A stretch of 34,372 bases of DNA from a virus (lineage: Duplodnaviria; Caudoviricetes). The stretch is from IMG/VR virus record IMGVR_UViG_3300020043_001358, positions 1 to 34,372 of that record. One strand, written 5' to 3'. The first letter of the stretch is position 1; each line of letters starts with the position of its first letter. A program made the translations under genes and the position numbers. The notes below the pieces were generated by a model. It was given only the letters and a program-made list of their open reading frames with translations. It was not told the DNA's origin and ran no database searches. Shown piece by piece: positions 8,125-16,338 of this stretch.

Positions 8125-8367
8125 TTATTCTGATTTAAAGGTTTTGTTGTAGTAATCTTCTCCATTCATTAAGTAAATAGAATCATCTTCGTCAGGAATT
8201 TCATTATTGAATCTTTCCATTTCTTTTTTCCCTTCTTCAAAAGCATCAATTATTTGTGCCTCAAATATTTTATCTGCATCTTCAAAAATTTGATGTTTTA
8301 AATACCACGCTTTATTTTCATTTCTTTTTAAGTTCTCAAAGAACCACTCTACTGCTGTCTTTTTCAT
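8125..8367 (-). CDS. MKKTAVEW...QIIDAF...YYNKTFKSE family protein
   Basis: Shares terminal motifs with its neighbours. Confidence 0.8.
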   Translation of the reverse strand: MKKTAVEWFFENLKRNENKAWYLKHQIFEDADKIFEAQIIDAFEEGKKEMERFNNEIPDEDDSIYLMNGEDYYNKTFKSE

Positions 8368-8368
8368 C

Positions 8369-8557
8369 TTACTCTGCGTTTTCGTTAATTACTAATGCAA
8401 ATACTACAAGTATTCCAAAACCTATCCCAATAATCATAGATGTTATCTTACTCTCAATAGTTTGAAGGGAAGGTCCACCCATAACGTATATGCCACATAC
8501 TTGAATAAATAAAAAAGCGATCAAAAACGCTATTACATTTCTTTTTAAATTTTTCAT
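8369..8557 (-). CDS. Two-TM membrane protein
   Basis: MKNLKRNVIAFLIAFLFIQV...; start revised to the ATG in the repeat. Confidence 0.7.
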   Translation of the reverse strand: MKNLKRNVIAFLIAFLFIQVCGIYVMGGPSLQTIESKITSMIIGIGFGILVVFALVINENAE

Positions 8558-8558
8558 C

Positions 8559-8780
8559 TTATTCTGATTTAAAGGTTTCGTTGTAGTATTCTTCAGGATT
8601 AGAACTGCCATCATAGAATTCTCTATATCCATCATTCCAAGCATCAATTATCTGCTGCTTCTCCATTTCTTTAGATATATATAGCCAAGCAATTAAATCG
8701 TGAATGCACCAATGAGAACATCCTTCTTTTTCTTTTTTAATAAAAAATTCAAGTAATTTTTCTACTGCTGTTTGTTTCAT
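8559..8780 (-). CDS. MKQTAVE...QIIDAW...YYNETFKSE family protein
   Basis: ATGA overlap with the primase; paralogous motifs. Confidence 0.8.
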   Translation of the reverse strand: MKQTAVEKLLEFFIKKEKEGCSHWCIHDLIAWLYISKEMEKQQIIDAWNDGYREFYDGSSNPEEYYNETFKSE

Positions 8781-11005
8781 TCTTTCTCTAGTTTTTTAAC
8801 CCAGTTCTGAATAGTCCTCCTTGATACCTCAAGAATCTCAGATGCTGTGGTGCGATTAATATTTGGATTTGCTTTGTACATTGCCATGAACTGATCATGA
8901 GTATCTGATCCAGCTGACCTTGCAATCTGTTTCAAGTTGTTTTTCTCTTTGACATCTCTTTTTACTAACTTACTCATGTTGATAAAATAGCTGGATAGTT
9001 TCTCAGCTCTTAGTAGGCTGTCAGTTTTAACTATACCTATCTTGATTGAGTCATCAAATGCTGACCAAATTGTATTTATTATCAATGCAAATCTAGGAAT
9101 GTAGCTCTTTTGTTTAGGTAGCATTGATTTCATATACTCATTCTCATCATCTGAATTCTGTATATCAGTTATCTGATCATGAATCCGTATCCATTCAGAT
9201 ACAGCCTTGCTTTCAAACTTAGATACTGTTGATTCAATCTCACCTTTGTCATTGAATTTTAACAAATTTCGCTGGATAGAATCTCTAAAGTTGATGACAA
9301 ATGATCTGTACCATTCTATTATTTCATCATCTATGTGCTTGTTATTGTAGTGGTTGACATTCAGCTCAGGATAGCTTATAAGAATCCTATCTACAAATCC
9401 ATTCTCTTTATTATCTCCAGTTGTAAAGTCTTCAAATACTGATGGCTGAATACCTCCTAGCACTGGGATGAATGGCTTGTCTACAAATGCACTCTTTGAT
9501 GTTTTACGATTCAGAGATATGCTGGTACCGGACCATGATGATAGCCAAAACTCAAGGTCAGATCCTTGTCTGTATTTATTCATGTCCTTAAACCATCCAG
9601 CTAATTCATCCTTGAATATTCCTACAGCATTAGGATTCTGTTCATGTAGATCCACAAGTGCTTCAAGAGTAATATCACCTACTAGAAATTGCTTTGATAC
9701 TGGCTTTGTAATCTCTTCAGCATATTGCTTTTCCTTTTTATCAAGTGCCTCATATTCTCTCCATTTAGAGTATTGCTTGACATATTCCTTTTGCTCTCTG
9801 ACATTCACCTCTCTAAGTGGGAATATCATCTGATTGATTGAAGGTGTTTTACCAATACCAGGTTTACCAACTATAGCTATCCACACTGTTGCAATCTCTT
9901 GCCATCCTGGTTTGACTTCAATCCTTGCTGAATTACCAATGATGACTGATGACATCCAAATAAAAGCTGATCCCATATAATCAATTGATAGGCCCAAGGT
10001 ATTTGCTGACTGGATGATGTACTGCTGGATCTCATGTGGAAATATATCAAGAGGGAATTCAATTCTATCTATCTTAACTTCAGGCACCTCATTCTTAAAC
10101 TCAACTTTTGGAATCTTTCTTGATCCATATCCTTGAGCATAGATATCAGCTGCTGCCTTTGTCATATCCCCATTGTGATACTTATGAGCATAGATTGCAA
10201 ATGGTGATAGTAGCTGTTCATTTGGATACAATGTGCCAGTGCTGAATAGATACATGCATCCACTATCCTTGTATACATATCCTGAATGTGGTGATGTGGC
10301 ACCATGTCTCTTGATAATGTAGTTTGTGGATGTATTCCTAACTATGGTAAACTCATCACTGATTAGATCCATTGCTGAATGCCTGAGATTGTAATCTACC
10401 CATGGAGTGATGTCATTCTCAGATGTTGCCTTGTATTCACTTTTCTTAGGAGCATCTATCTTGACATTCTCAATGTGATTGAAAGTCCTTGAGATGGACC
10501 AGATGATATCTCTCTCTTGCTCTGTGATATAATCTATCTGATGATAACTCTTCTGATATAGAAAGTTATCATACAAGACTACCATTCCGCCAGTGCCTCT
10601 TGATTCAATGATAGCCTCTTTCTTTCCTTTCAATGTAGCTATCTTGGTATTACCAGCTGGAGCTTTGCACTTGTACAGAATGTGATATCCAGCATTCTTT
10701 GTCTTGGCAATTACTACCTTATCAGCAAAGTCTTCAATATTATCATTGATAAATGATAGATATTCTGCCCACCATTCTTTCTGCTCTTGCAGTCCTACAA
10801 TCACCTTGAGATCTATATCAATGCACTCAACATCATTCACTCCAGTAACGAGTCCATACAATGGTGCATCTAGTGATTCAACCTCATCTGCTGTCCTTGC
10901 CTTTGTTTGATTTGCTTTCCATGATCCGATAGGTCTTTTGTCTTGGTCCACTGGAATAATAGAATATCCTAGTGTTGCTAATTTTCTGAGATATGATTTG
11001 GTCAT
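8777..11005 (-). CDS. Primase-polymerase fused to a DUF3987-like P-loop domain and a C-terminal HTH
   Basis: Prim-Pol motifs SIIPV, CIDID and AGYHILY; Walker A GKPGIGKT; DELAGWF; C-terminal NRTTASEILEVSRRTIQNW. Confidence 0.85.
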   Translation of the reverse strand: MTKSYLRKLATLGYSIIPVDQDKRPIGSWKANQTKARTADEVESLDAPLYGLVTGVNDVECIDIDLKVIVGLQEQKEWWAEYLSFINDNIEDFADKVVIAKTKNAGYHILYKCKAPAGNTKIATLKGKKEAIIESRGTGGMVVLYDNFLYQKSYHQIDYITEQERDIIWSISRTFNHIENVKIDAPKKSEYKATSENDITPWVDYNLRHSAMDLISDEFTIVRNTSTNYIIKRHGATSPHSGYVYKDSGCMYLFSTGTLYPNEQLLSPFAIYAHKYHNGDMTKAAADIYAQGYGSRKIPKVEFKNEVPEVKIDRIEFPLDIFPHEIQQYIIQSANTLGLSIDYMGSAFIWMSSVIIGNSARIEVKPGWQEIATVWIAIVGKPGIGKTPSINQMIFPLREVNVREQKEYVKQYSKWREYEALDKKEKQYAEEITKPVSKQFLVGDITLEALVDLHEQNPNAVGIFKDELAGWFKDMNKYRQGSDLEFWLSSWSGTSISLNRKTSKSAFVDKPFIPVLGGIQPSVFEDFTTGDNKENGFVDRILISYPELNVNHYNNKHIDDEIIEWYRSFVINFRDSIQRNLLKFNDKGEIESTVSKFESKAVSEWIRIHDQITDIQNSDDENEYMKSMLPKQKSYIPRFALIINTIWSAFDDSIKIGIVKTDSLLRAEKLSSYFINMSKLVKRDVKEKNNLKQIARSAGSDTHDQFMAMYKANPNINRTTASEILEVSRRTIQNWVKKLEKE

Positions 11006-11018
11006 GATACAAAATATA

Positions 11019-11099
11019 AAAGCCCCTTCAGTGTTCGTGATGCAGCACTACTAGCCGAAAGAGCTTTCAATAATTTCTTAACTATCCTCTGCATAGGAT
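11019..11099 (-). ncRNA. Structured 5' leader of the primase gene (two hairpins with complementary loops)
   Basis: Hairpin ATCCT-ATGCAG-AGGAT, plus a 13-bp stem with G-U pairs enclosing GTG-CTGCAT-CAC. Confidence 0.6.
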
Positions 11100-11102
11100 G
11101 TA

Positions 11103-11110
11103 CAAATATA
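11103..11110 (-). promoter_or_regulatory. Bacteroidota -7 promoter element for the primase operon
   Basis: TATATTTG immediately upstream of the structured leader; no clear -33 box. Confidence 0.6.
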
Positions 11111-11149
11111 AAAAAAACTTTATTATTCATGATATTGATATTAATTAAT

Positions 11150-11525
11150 ATTCTACTGTGCAAGGTGTGCAATGTGCACACCTAATTTCACACCTAATTT
11201 CACACCATTTTCTTAGTGTTTATAAGGGATACAGAGCAAAGTGCACACTTTTCACACCTTTTTTGTTTTATAATTTTTTTTCTGTGGTAATTTTTTACAA
11301 AAATACTAGAGTGCACTGTGCAAGTGTGCAATGTGCACACCTCTATAACTGCCGATTTATTTTTATACATCCGATTCATTGCCGATTTATTTCTCTTGTA
11401 ACTTATTGATAATCAATCAACAGCCGATTTTCCAATCTTTTTTGCAGTTTTTTGAAAAAAATGTTTTTTTACCATTTCTAAAAAAAATAAATATATATAG
11501 AATAGGGAGTGATGTAATCGGCAAT
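11150..11525. other. Putative replication origin with iterons
   Basis: Largest non-coding region, next to the primase. ACTGTGCAAG(G)TGTGCAATGTGCACACCT x2, TTTCACACC x3, CCGATT x4 plus one inverted copy, and AT-rich tracts. Confidence 0.7.
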
Positions 11526-11529
11526 CAGA

Positions 11530-11784
11530 TTATTCATAAAGCTGCACCCATTCTGTGAGCTTTGCAATGAAATCATATTGCTCAATGATAATCAAGCCAG
11601 ATGGGGATCTTTCAATCGGACAATCAAAGTCCTCTCTGAGCATGAATAGATCTTTCTCAATGGATGACTTGCTAAAGTTATCGGATAGAATGTGATTTAC
11701 TTTGCTGTGCAATCTTTCAATTGTGTATGCTCTTTGTTGAAGACAATATACAATAGCTGACATTCTTCTTAATTTGTGCCTCAT
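11530..11784 (-). CDS. Winged-HTH DNA-binding protein (putative)
   Basis: YTIERL...FSKSSIEKDLFMLREDFDCPIE. Confidence 0.6.
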   Translation of the reverse strand: MRHKLRRMSAIVYCLQQRAYTIERLHSKVNHILSDNFSKSSIEKDLFMLREDFDCPIERSPSGLIIIEQYDFIAKLTEWVQLYE

Positions 11785-12200
11785 ATCAATTCTTTTAAGT
11801 CTTCCTTAGTTATGTATCCATTCCTATTGAGAAAGTGGCTAGAATCGTCTGTATTGAGCTTGATTGTCAATGTAACTGTGTTGCCTGATATGTTATCCAC
11901 ATACATCCATACCTTTTCATCCTCCATCTCAATCAGATAATCTTCATGTACTTCCTTGTGCAGCTCATTGATTGTCTTCAGATACTCATAATCTTTGGCT
12001 TTCATCCAGACATTATGCTGCTTGAGTCCATGCAATACTGAGCAATGATCCATTCCAAAGAGTTTACCGATAGCCTCAAGGCTGTGCCATCTTCTAAGCT
12101 CTGACCAGAGATAGTATCTCTTGTAAACCAGCTCTCTCTTTCTATTCCTTACTTTGAGACCATGCTTCTCAGCTAGATCCATTATCATTGATGTGTTCAT
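11781..12200 (-). CDS. DnaA C-terminal (domain IV)-like HTH protein
   Basis: RKRELVYKR...SLEAIGKLFGMDHCSVLHGLK resembles the DnaA SLxxIGxxFGxDHTTVxH signature. Confidence 0.75.
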   Translation of the reverse strand: MNTSMIMDLAEKHGLKVRNRKRELVYKRYYLWSELRRWHSLEAIGKLFGMDHCSVLHGLKQHNVWMKAKDYEYLKTINELHKEVHEDYLIEMEDEKVWMYVDNISGNTVTLTIKLNTDDSSHFLNRNGYITKEDLKELI

Positions 12201-12349
12201 ATCTCTTGTACTGCTTTAATTAATGGCGGCCACATGTCAGCCTTCTTGATTGCATCCTCTCTGCTGTTAGCTTGTAGCACTCTATAGCCATCTTGCCATT
12301 TAGCTTTGCTATGCAGCTTGAATTTATAAGTTATCTTGAATGTCTTCAT
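12197..12349 (-). CDS. Small hypothetical protein, 50 aa (MKTFKITYKFK...)
   Basis: Translated by hand; ATGA overlap with 11781..12200. Confidence 0.7.
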   Translation of the reverse strand: MKTFKITYKFKLHSKAKWQDGYRVLQANSREDAIKKADMWPPLIKAVQEI

Positions 12350-12503
12350 CATTTATCTTTGATTTGATTATAAAATATACTATCATTCCAATGGTCCATC
12401 CTATGGCCACAAAGATACCGGTCCATTTAAACCAGTGCCAAACTCCCCACCAAAATAGAAATGCACTACAGAATAGGAGTAAAAATGTTGCTGCTGCTTT
12501 CAT
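12324..12503 (-). CDS. Trp-rich two-TM membrane protein, 59 aa
   Basis: Hand translation MKAAATFLLLFCSAFLFWWGVWHWFKWTGIFVAIGW...; ATGA overlap upstream. Confidence 0.7.
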   Translation of the reverse strand: MKAAATFLLLFCSAFLFWWGVWHWFKWTGIFVAIGWTIGMIVYFIIKSKINDEDIQDNL

Positions 12504-12655
12504 GCTCTTGCTTTTAAAAATTGTTCATATAACTTGACATTGAATGATGAACTTTTAACATCATTAGATTCTTTTGACTTCCACCATTTAATCATTCTGT
12601 TGACTGGTGATCTGAATGATACAAATTCATTCTCTTTTTTGTTTTCTTTTTTCAT
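12500..12655 (-). CDS. Small hypothetical protein, 51 aa (MKKENKKENEFVSFRSP...)
   Basis: Translated by hand; fills the gap. Confidence 0.7.
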   Translation of the reverse strand: MKKENKKENEFVSFRSPVNRMIKWWKSKESNDVKSSSFNVKLYEQFLKARA

Positions 12656-12660
12656 GGCTC

Positions 12661-12918
12661 TTACATTAGATTTAAACAAACTTTTGACATCTCATTTGAG
12701 ATCAGTGCATAGGTCTTTAACAGCATATTTATTTTGTCTGAGATATTGTTATGCTTTGACAGATAGTCTTCATACTCTTTGTGAGATATGAAATTGATTG
12801 ACCATGTGTAAAGTCTCTCTTCAGCAGCTTGTTCATCCTCTAGCTCTTTGATTTGCTTTCTCATCTCAGTTAAAAGCGTCATTAACTGATCAATTTTCTT
12901 TAGTTTTTCTTTCATCAT
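12661..12918 (-). CDS. Coiled-coil hypothetical protein
   Basis: Start revised to MMKEKLKK, since the longer ORF-track start runs through a structured element. Confidence 0.7.
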   Translation of the reverse strand: MMKEKLKKIDQLMTLLTEMRKQIKELEDEQAAEERLYTWSINFISHKEYEDYLSKHNNISDKINMLLKTYALISNEMSKVCLNLM

Positions 12919-12965
12919 TTGTGGTATTTGTTGTGCGTTACCGAGTCGCACCCCTCGTTGTTAAT

Positions 12966-13202
12966 TTATAAATCAATGAATTCTAATTGTATACATTCCA
13001 AACAAGATTTTTTTACACTTGATTCTTTTGTTTTTTGATATGTGTCATTATATGTGAAAAGAATATCTAAATCTTCATTTGTTTTTACATTATTTAATGC
13101 CACATAAATTAAAGTACCTATTTCAGACTTACTGTTAAAATACGTTCTTTTCAAAACTGCTACTGCTTTTTTCAATTCTGATTTTGTTCTAGTGATTTTC
13201 AT
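12966..13202 (-). CDS. First early gene, hypothetical
   Basis: Start revised to MKITRTK, downstream of the consensus promoter. Confidence 0.65.
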   Translation of the reverse strand: MKITRTKSELKKAVAVLKRTYFNSKSEIGTLIYVALNNVKTNEDLDILFTYNDTYQKTKESSVKKSCLECIQLEFIDL

Positions 13203-13239
13203 ATCTGTTTTTTTTAAGTTTTGTGCCTTACTGACCTTA

Positions 13240-13270
13240 CAAAGGTAAATAAGTTTTTTATATATGCAAA
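13240..13270 (-). promoter_or_regulatory. Early Bacteroidota-type promoter
   Basis: TTTG (13270-13267), 19-nt spacer, TACCTTTG (13247-13240). Confidence 0.75.
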
Positions 13271-13310
13271 TAATTATCATAATTTATTCACATTTTTTTT
13301 ATTGAGCCAC

Positions 13311-13340
13311 AAAAAAGAGTAGCCATTTCTGACTACTCTC
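13311..13340 (-). terminator. Intrinsic terminator ending the late/lysis operon
   Basis: Minus strand GAGAGTAGTC-AGAAAT-GGCTACTCT-TTTTT. Confidence 0.8.
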
Positions 13341-13364
13341 ACCTAATTACCACATTTGATGGCT

Positions 13365-13826
13365 TTACGAAAAAGCTAGGTATTGGGTTGCCCCATTTAT
13401 CTTTTTGGCCTTTAGTATTTGACCTCTATTTCCTTTTGCTTTGTAGCTGACATGTACCCAATCAGGCTGTGAGTCATTGCCAAACTCCCATATCATTTGA
13501 TCAAAGGTAATATTTTGCTTGATATATTCAAAGATTTCTGCATTTGTTATCTTGCCATATCTATCAGCATCCAGATCCATGGCTTGAGCTTTACAATGCT
13601 GCGAGCTGGCACTCCCTTTCACAGCCCTATTTAAGGCACCAGAGCGGTACCCTGATGAGATATGAATAGGCACTCCAAAATGATTACGCAATGGCTCGAA
13701 TACTTTCTCACATAACAGCTTGGCAGATGTCAGGTGAATGGGATCAGTAATAGTATTATCAATGCCTCTTCTCTTAGCAGTATCTGAGTGGCAGAATTCT
13801 GCTAGTGTGACGTGTTCACTTAGCAT
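13365..13826 (-). CDS. Endolysin, peptidase M15A family
   Basis: ISSGYRS, SQH...AMD, FDQMIWEF and WVHVSY motifs. Confidence 0.9.
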   Translation of the reverse strand: MLSEHVTLAEFCHSDTAKRRGIDNTITDPIHLTSAKLLCEKVFEPLRNHFGVPIHISSGYRSGALNRAVKGSASSQHCKAQAMDLDADRYGKITNAEIFEYIKQNITFDQMIWEFGNDSQPDWVHVSYKAKGNRGQILKAKKINGATQYLAFS

Positions 13827-14025
13827 CTTCCTTAGTCAGTTGAGATAATGTAGCTGTCACTGTACCAGCCGCCACAAGATATCCTCCAGCAGTTACTACA
13901 GCAGCTGGCAATGCCACCGGTAATGCTACAATAGTGCCACCGATCACACCCAGTGCAATACCAATCTTCTGTACTTTCTGCCAAAACTTAGGAGTCTTAG
14001 CTTGCCATCTTTCTTTTAGTTCCAT
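13816..14025 (-). CDS. Holin-like two-TM protein
   Basis: RWQAKTPKFW followed by hydrophobic helices; adjacent to the lysin. Confidence 0.7.
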   Translation of the reverse strand: MELKERWQAKTPKFWQKVQKIGIALGVIGGTIVALPVALPAAVVTAGGYLVAAGTVTATLSQLTKEDAK

Positions 14026-14272
14026 ATTCTAGTTCTTTAGGTAGTATTGCAGCCATAAGTTCAGGATATTTTGCTGATGAATGCATATCATTGTCTGATG
14101 TAGGAATGCGATCCTCAAGGCAGTCATATAGTTTAGCCTCAACTCTCTCTAGTTTACCCTCAACCATTTCAAGTCTACTGGTGAAATAATTAAACATCAA
14201 GATGACAATCAGAGATAATAATCCCACCATCCCATTCTTTTTTACTGCTGTAGCTATTGCAATTGGATCCAT
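13997..14272 (-). CDS. Lysis-associated membrane protein (single TM plus coiled coil)
   Basis: GMVGLLSLIVILMFNYF; position in the lysis cluster. Confidence 0.55.
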   Translation of the reverse strand: MDPIAIATAVKKNGMVGLLSLIVILMFNYFTSRLEMVEGKLERVEAKLYDCLEDRIPTSDNDMHSSAKYPELMAAILPKELEYGTKRKMAS

Positions 14273-14276
14273 ATTA

Positions 14277-14295
14277 AATTATGCAGATTTGTTCC
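14277..14295 (-). promoter_or_regulatory. Late-gene motif, copy 2
   Basis: GGAACAAATCTGCATAATT, 4 nt before ATG 14272. Confidence 0.55.
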
Positions 14296-14302
14296 AAAAT
14301 AT

Positions 14303-15658
14303 TTACCCCGTAACTTTTTGAATAATTACATTCAAATCCCCTACACGCACATCTGTACTCTGTGAATTCTTTACAAATATCTCAACATAGTCACCAGTTA
14401 CTAATTGCACCACATCTTGCAGGGCAAAAGGGAAAGGCTGATTTGATGTTGATGTCCTCACAGATACCTCAGATTCAGCTTCTACAGTACCATTTACAGC
14501 TACAGCTACAGATATAATTTGATTGGCTCCACTACTTTGTACTGTGCCTACTGCATTGTATATAAATTCAGTGCTTATAATACCTCCATAAAGCAATCTA
14601 TTGTCTATTGGCTGAGTCCATTTAGGTGAGTTACCTATACCAACAGTAGTTGCTCCAGCAGCTTTTACCCATACGTTAACATTTGGTACACCTATAGTTG
14701 TGTTAGTACCATTGTTAATCATATAGTTATGACCTACATTTGATGTATTGACTATACCTACGTTATTTATGAACAAACTTTTCACAGAAGTGTAAGTAAA
14801 TCCATCCAGGTAAGTGCCCCCACCTGAGAAGTTGCAGTAGTTAAGGATAAATCCATCATCTGGAATAATTGGCGCAGGAGTAGTATCAATTCCTTTCTCT
14901 CCAGCTAAAACAATAAATGATGAATATACTATCCTGAATCTACGTGTGACTGTAAGGGTAGGAGCCAATATAAAACAAGTGCCTCCAGTGTTGCAATTGA
15001 ACAAGCATTGAGTCGCACCAATTGTACCTATTGTTCCATCAAAAGTAAGATTACCACTATTCAAGAAAGCGGAATCTTGCATGATAAAGTTAGAATAATC
15101 TTTAATCGTTCCAATAGTTGCACAATCTGTAAAGTTTACACCAAACCAATCAATTGCAGTAGTAGTTCCATCTCCATCAAGATTCAAAGCTACATTTGCC
15201 TCTATAGTGATGTTACGAATTGGCAGTGAATAATTAGATGTTATCAATGCTGTACCCACAAGTCCAGTGGATTTAATTCTGCAATTCTCAGAACTACCTC
15301 CAAGTATTGTAGTGTTTACACCACAAACTAATCTATCTCCTAATAAGTCAACAGTAGTTGTAAAAAAATAGGTTACATTAGAATCCAATGTAATCACACC
15401 ACTTGATGGAGCTGGTAGATCCTCTTTGGCTGCTACAAAAATAATACTACCATCAGTCAATCCTCCACCTCCTAGAAAGTAATTCCCAGCACCAAGTAAA
15501 CTAATTTGATTGATTGATTTGATATTTGTACCACTGATTAGATTATTCTGTTTATCAGAATCAAGTGTAGTTACATCAGATTGTAATTGATCACTTTCTG
15601 CTTGAAGATCTGCAATCTGTTGTTTAAATCTATCAAATATGTTAAATGGTAAACTCAT
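14303..15658 (-). CDS. Fibre/spike-like structural protein
   Basis: N-terminal coiled coil, KQNNLISGTNIKSIN fibre motif, beta-rich middle, jelly-roll-like C-terminus (GDYVEIFV). Confidence 0.6.
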   Translation of the reverse strand: MSLPFNIFDRFKQQIADLQAESDQLQSDVTTLDSDKQNNLISGTNIKSINQISLLGAGNYFLGGGGLTDGSIIFVAAKEDLPAPSSGVITLDSNVTYFFTTTVDLLGDRLVCGVNTTILGGSSENCRIKSTGLVGTALITSNYSLPIRNITIEANVALNLDGDGTTTAIDWFGVNFTDCATIGTIKDYSNFIMQDSAFLNSGNLTFDGTIGTIGATQCLFNCNTGGTCFILAPTLTVTRRFRIVYSSFIVLAGEKGIDTTPAPIIPDDGFILNYCNFSGGGTYLDGFTYTSVKSLFINNVGIVNTSNVGHNYMINNGTNTTIGVPNVNVWVKAAGATTVGIGNSPKWTQPIDNRLLYGGIISTEFIYNAVGTVQSSGANQIISVAVAVNGTVEAESEVSVRTSTSNQPFPFALQDVVQLVTGDYVEIFVKNSQSTDVRVGDLNVIIQKVTG

Positions 15659-16338
15659 TAGTATATCTTATTCAGTATGAATATATCAGAATAAATATTG
15701 TTCCCAGCAGAAGCAGCTCCCCATTGAGCTGTGACATTTAATATATTAGAAATTGTTGTATCAAATGTTGTATTATTCACTGCATTAAATCCAAATCCTT
15801 GCACAGAAGCATTGTTAGTCTTTGTGTAATGAAACGAACCTAAACTTACAATAGATGCCACACCAGCTGCGCCAATAGCTCGAATAGTGAAATCAATATT
15901 TAAAGACCATATATCATTTATAACACTACTGCCTAGACTCTGTACACCACTATCTAACAAAACAATAGATCCAGCCTTGACTCTAATTCTTATAGTTTGA
16001 TTATTGTTAGCATTCATTACACCACCGAATACAGCTCTGAAAGAATCACCTACTTGAAATCCATTTGCTGGTATAGTCAATGTGCCTACACCGCCATTTA
16101 TAAGACTGCTTTCCGCAGTAGTGTTAGTAATTAAAGTGCTATTTGCAGTCTGAGCAAAGAGTCCATAAGATACTGTCGCTGGCGCACCTGGTATAGTTAC
16201 TACTGTCTCACCTCCTGAATCAGCAGCTGTCACACCAGCACCAGCGAATTTTAATACTGACCTTTGAGTCAGTGCTGTGCTTTCATCCTTAACTGTCTTA
16301 TATCCAGTGGTAGTGATATTAATATCTGTAGTTGCCAT
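15658..16338 (-). CDS. Fibre/decoration-like structural protein
   Basis: VKDEST...LKFAGAGVTA N-terminal motif; G/T/N-rich beta protein. Confidence 0.55.
   Translation of the reverse strand: MATTDINITTTGYKTVKDESTALTQRSVLKFAGAGVTAADSGGETVVTIPGAPATVSYGLFAQTANSTLITNTTAESSLINGGVGTLTIPANGFQVGDSFRAVFGGVMNANNNQTIRIRVKAGSIVLLDSGVQSLGSSVINDIWSLNIDFTIRAIGAAGVASIVSLGSFHYTKTNNASVQGFGFNAVNNTTFDTTISNILNVTAQWGAASAGNNIYSDIFILNKIY

Larger units (their letters stand above)
7523..8577. repeat. Four exact 26-bp gene-junction repeats TTTCATCTTATTCTGATTTAAAGGTT
   Basis: Copies at 7523-7548, 7889-7914, 8118-8143 and 8552-8577. Confidence 0.92.

Noticed and set aside
7523-8577. 26-bp repeats as a CRISPR array
   Set aside because: Intervals are 200-410 nt, irregular and protein-coding. 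No cas genes are present.
7896-8647. ORF-track N-terminal extensions TTTKPLNQNKM on 7896..8165 and 8369..8647
   Set aside because: They are out-of-frame readings of the junction repeat. The true starts are likely the ATGs at 8123 and 8557.
11158-11409. 83-aa plus-strand ORF
   Set aside because: It translates the iterons (VQCAHL twice, HLIS repeats) and runs against the gene flow.
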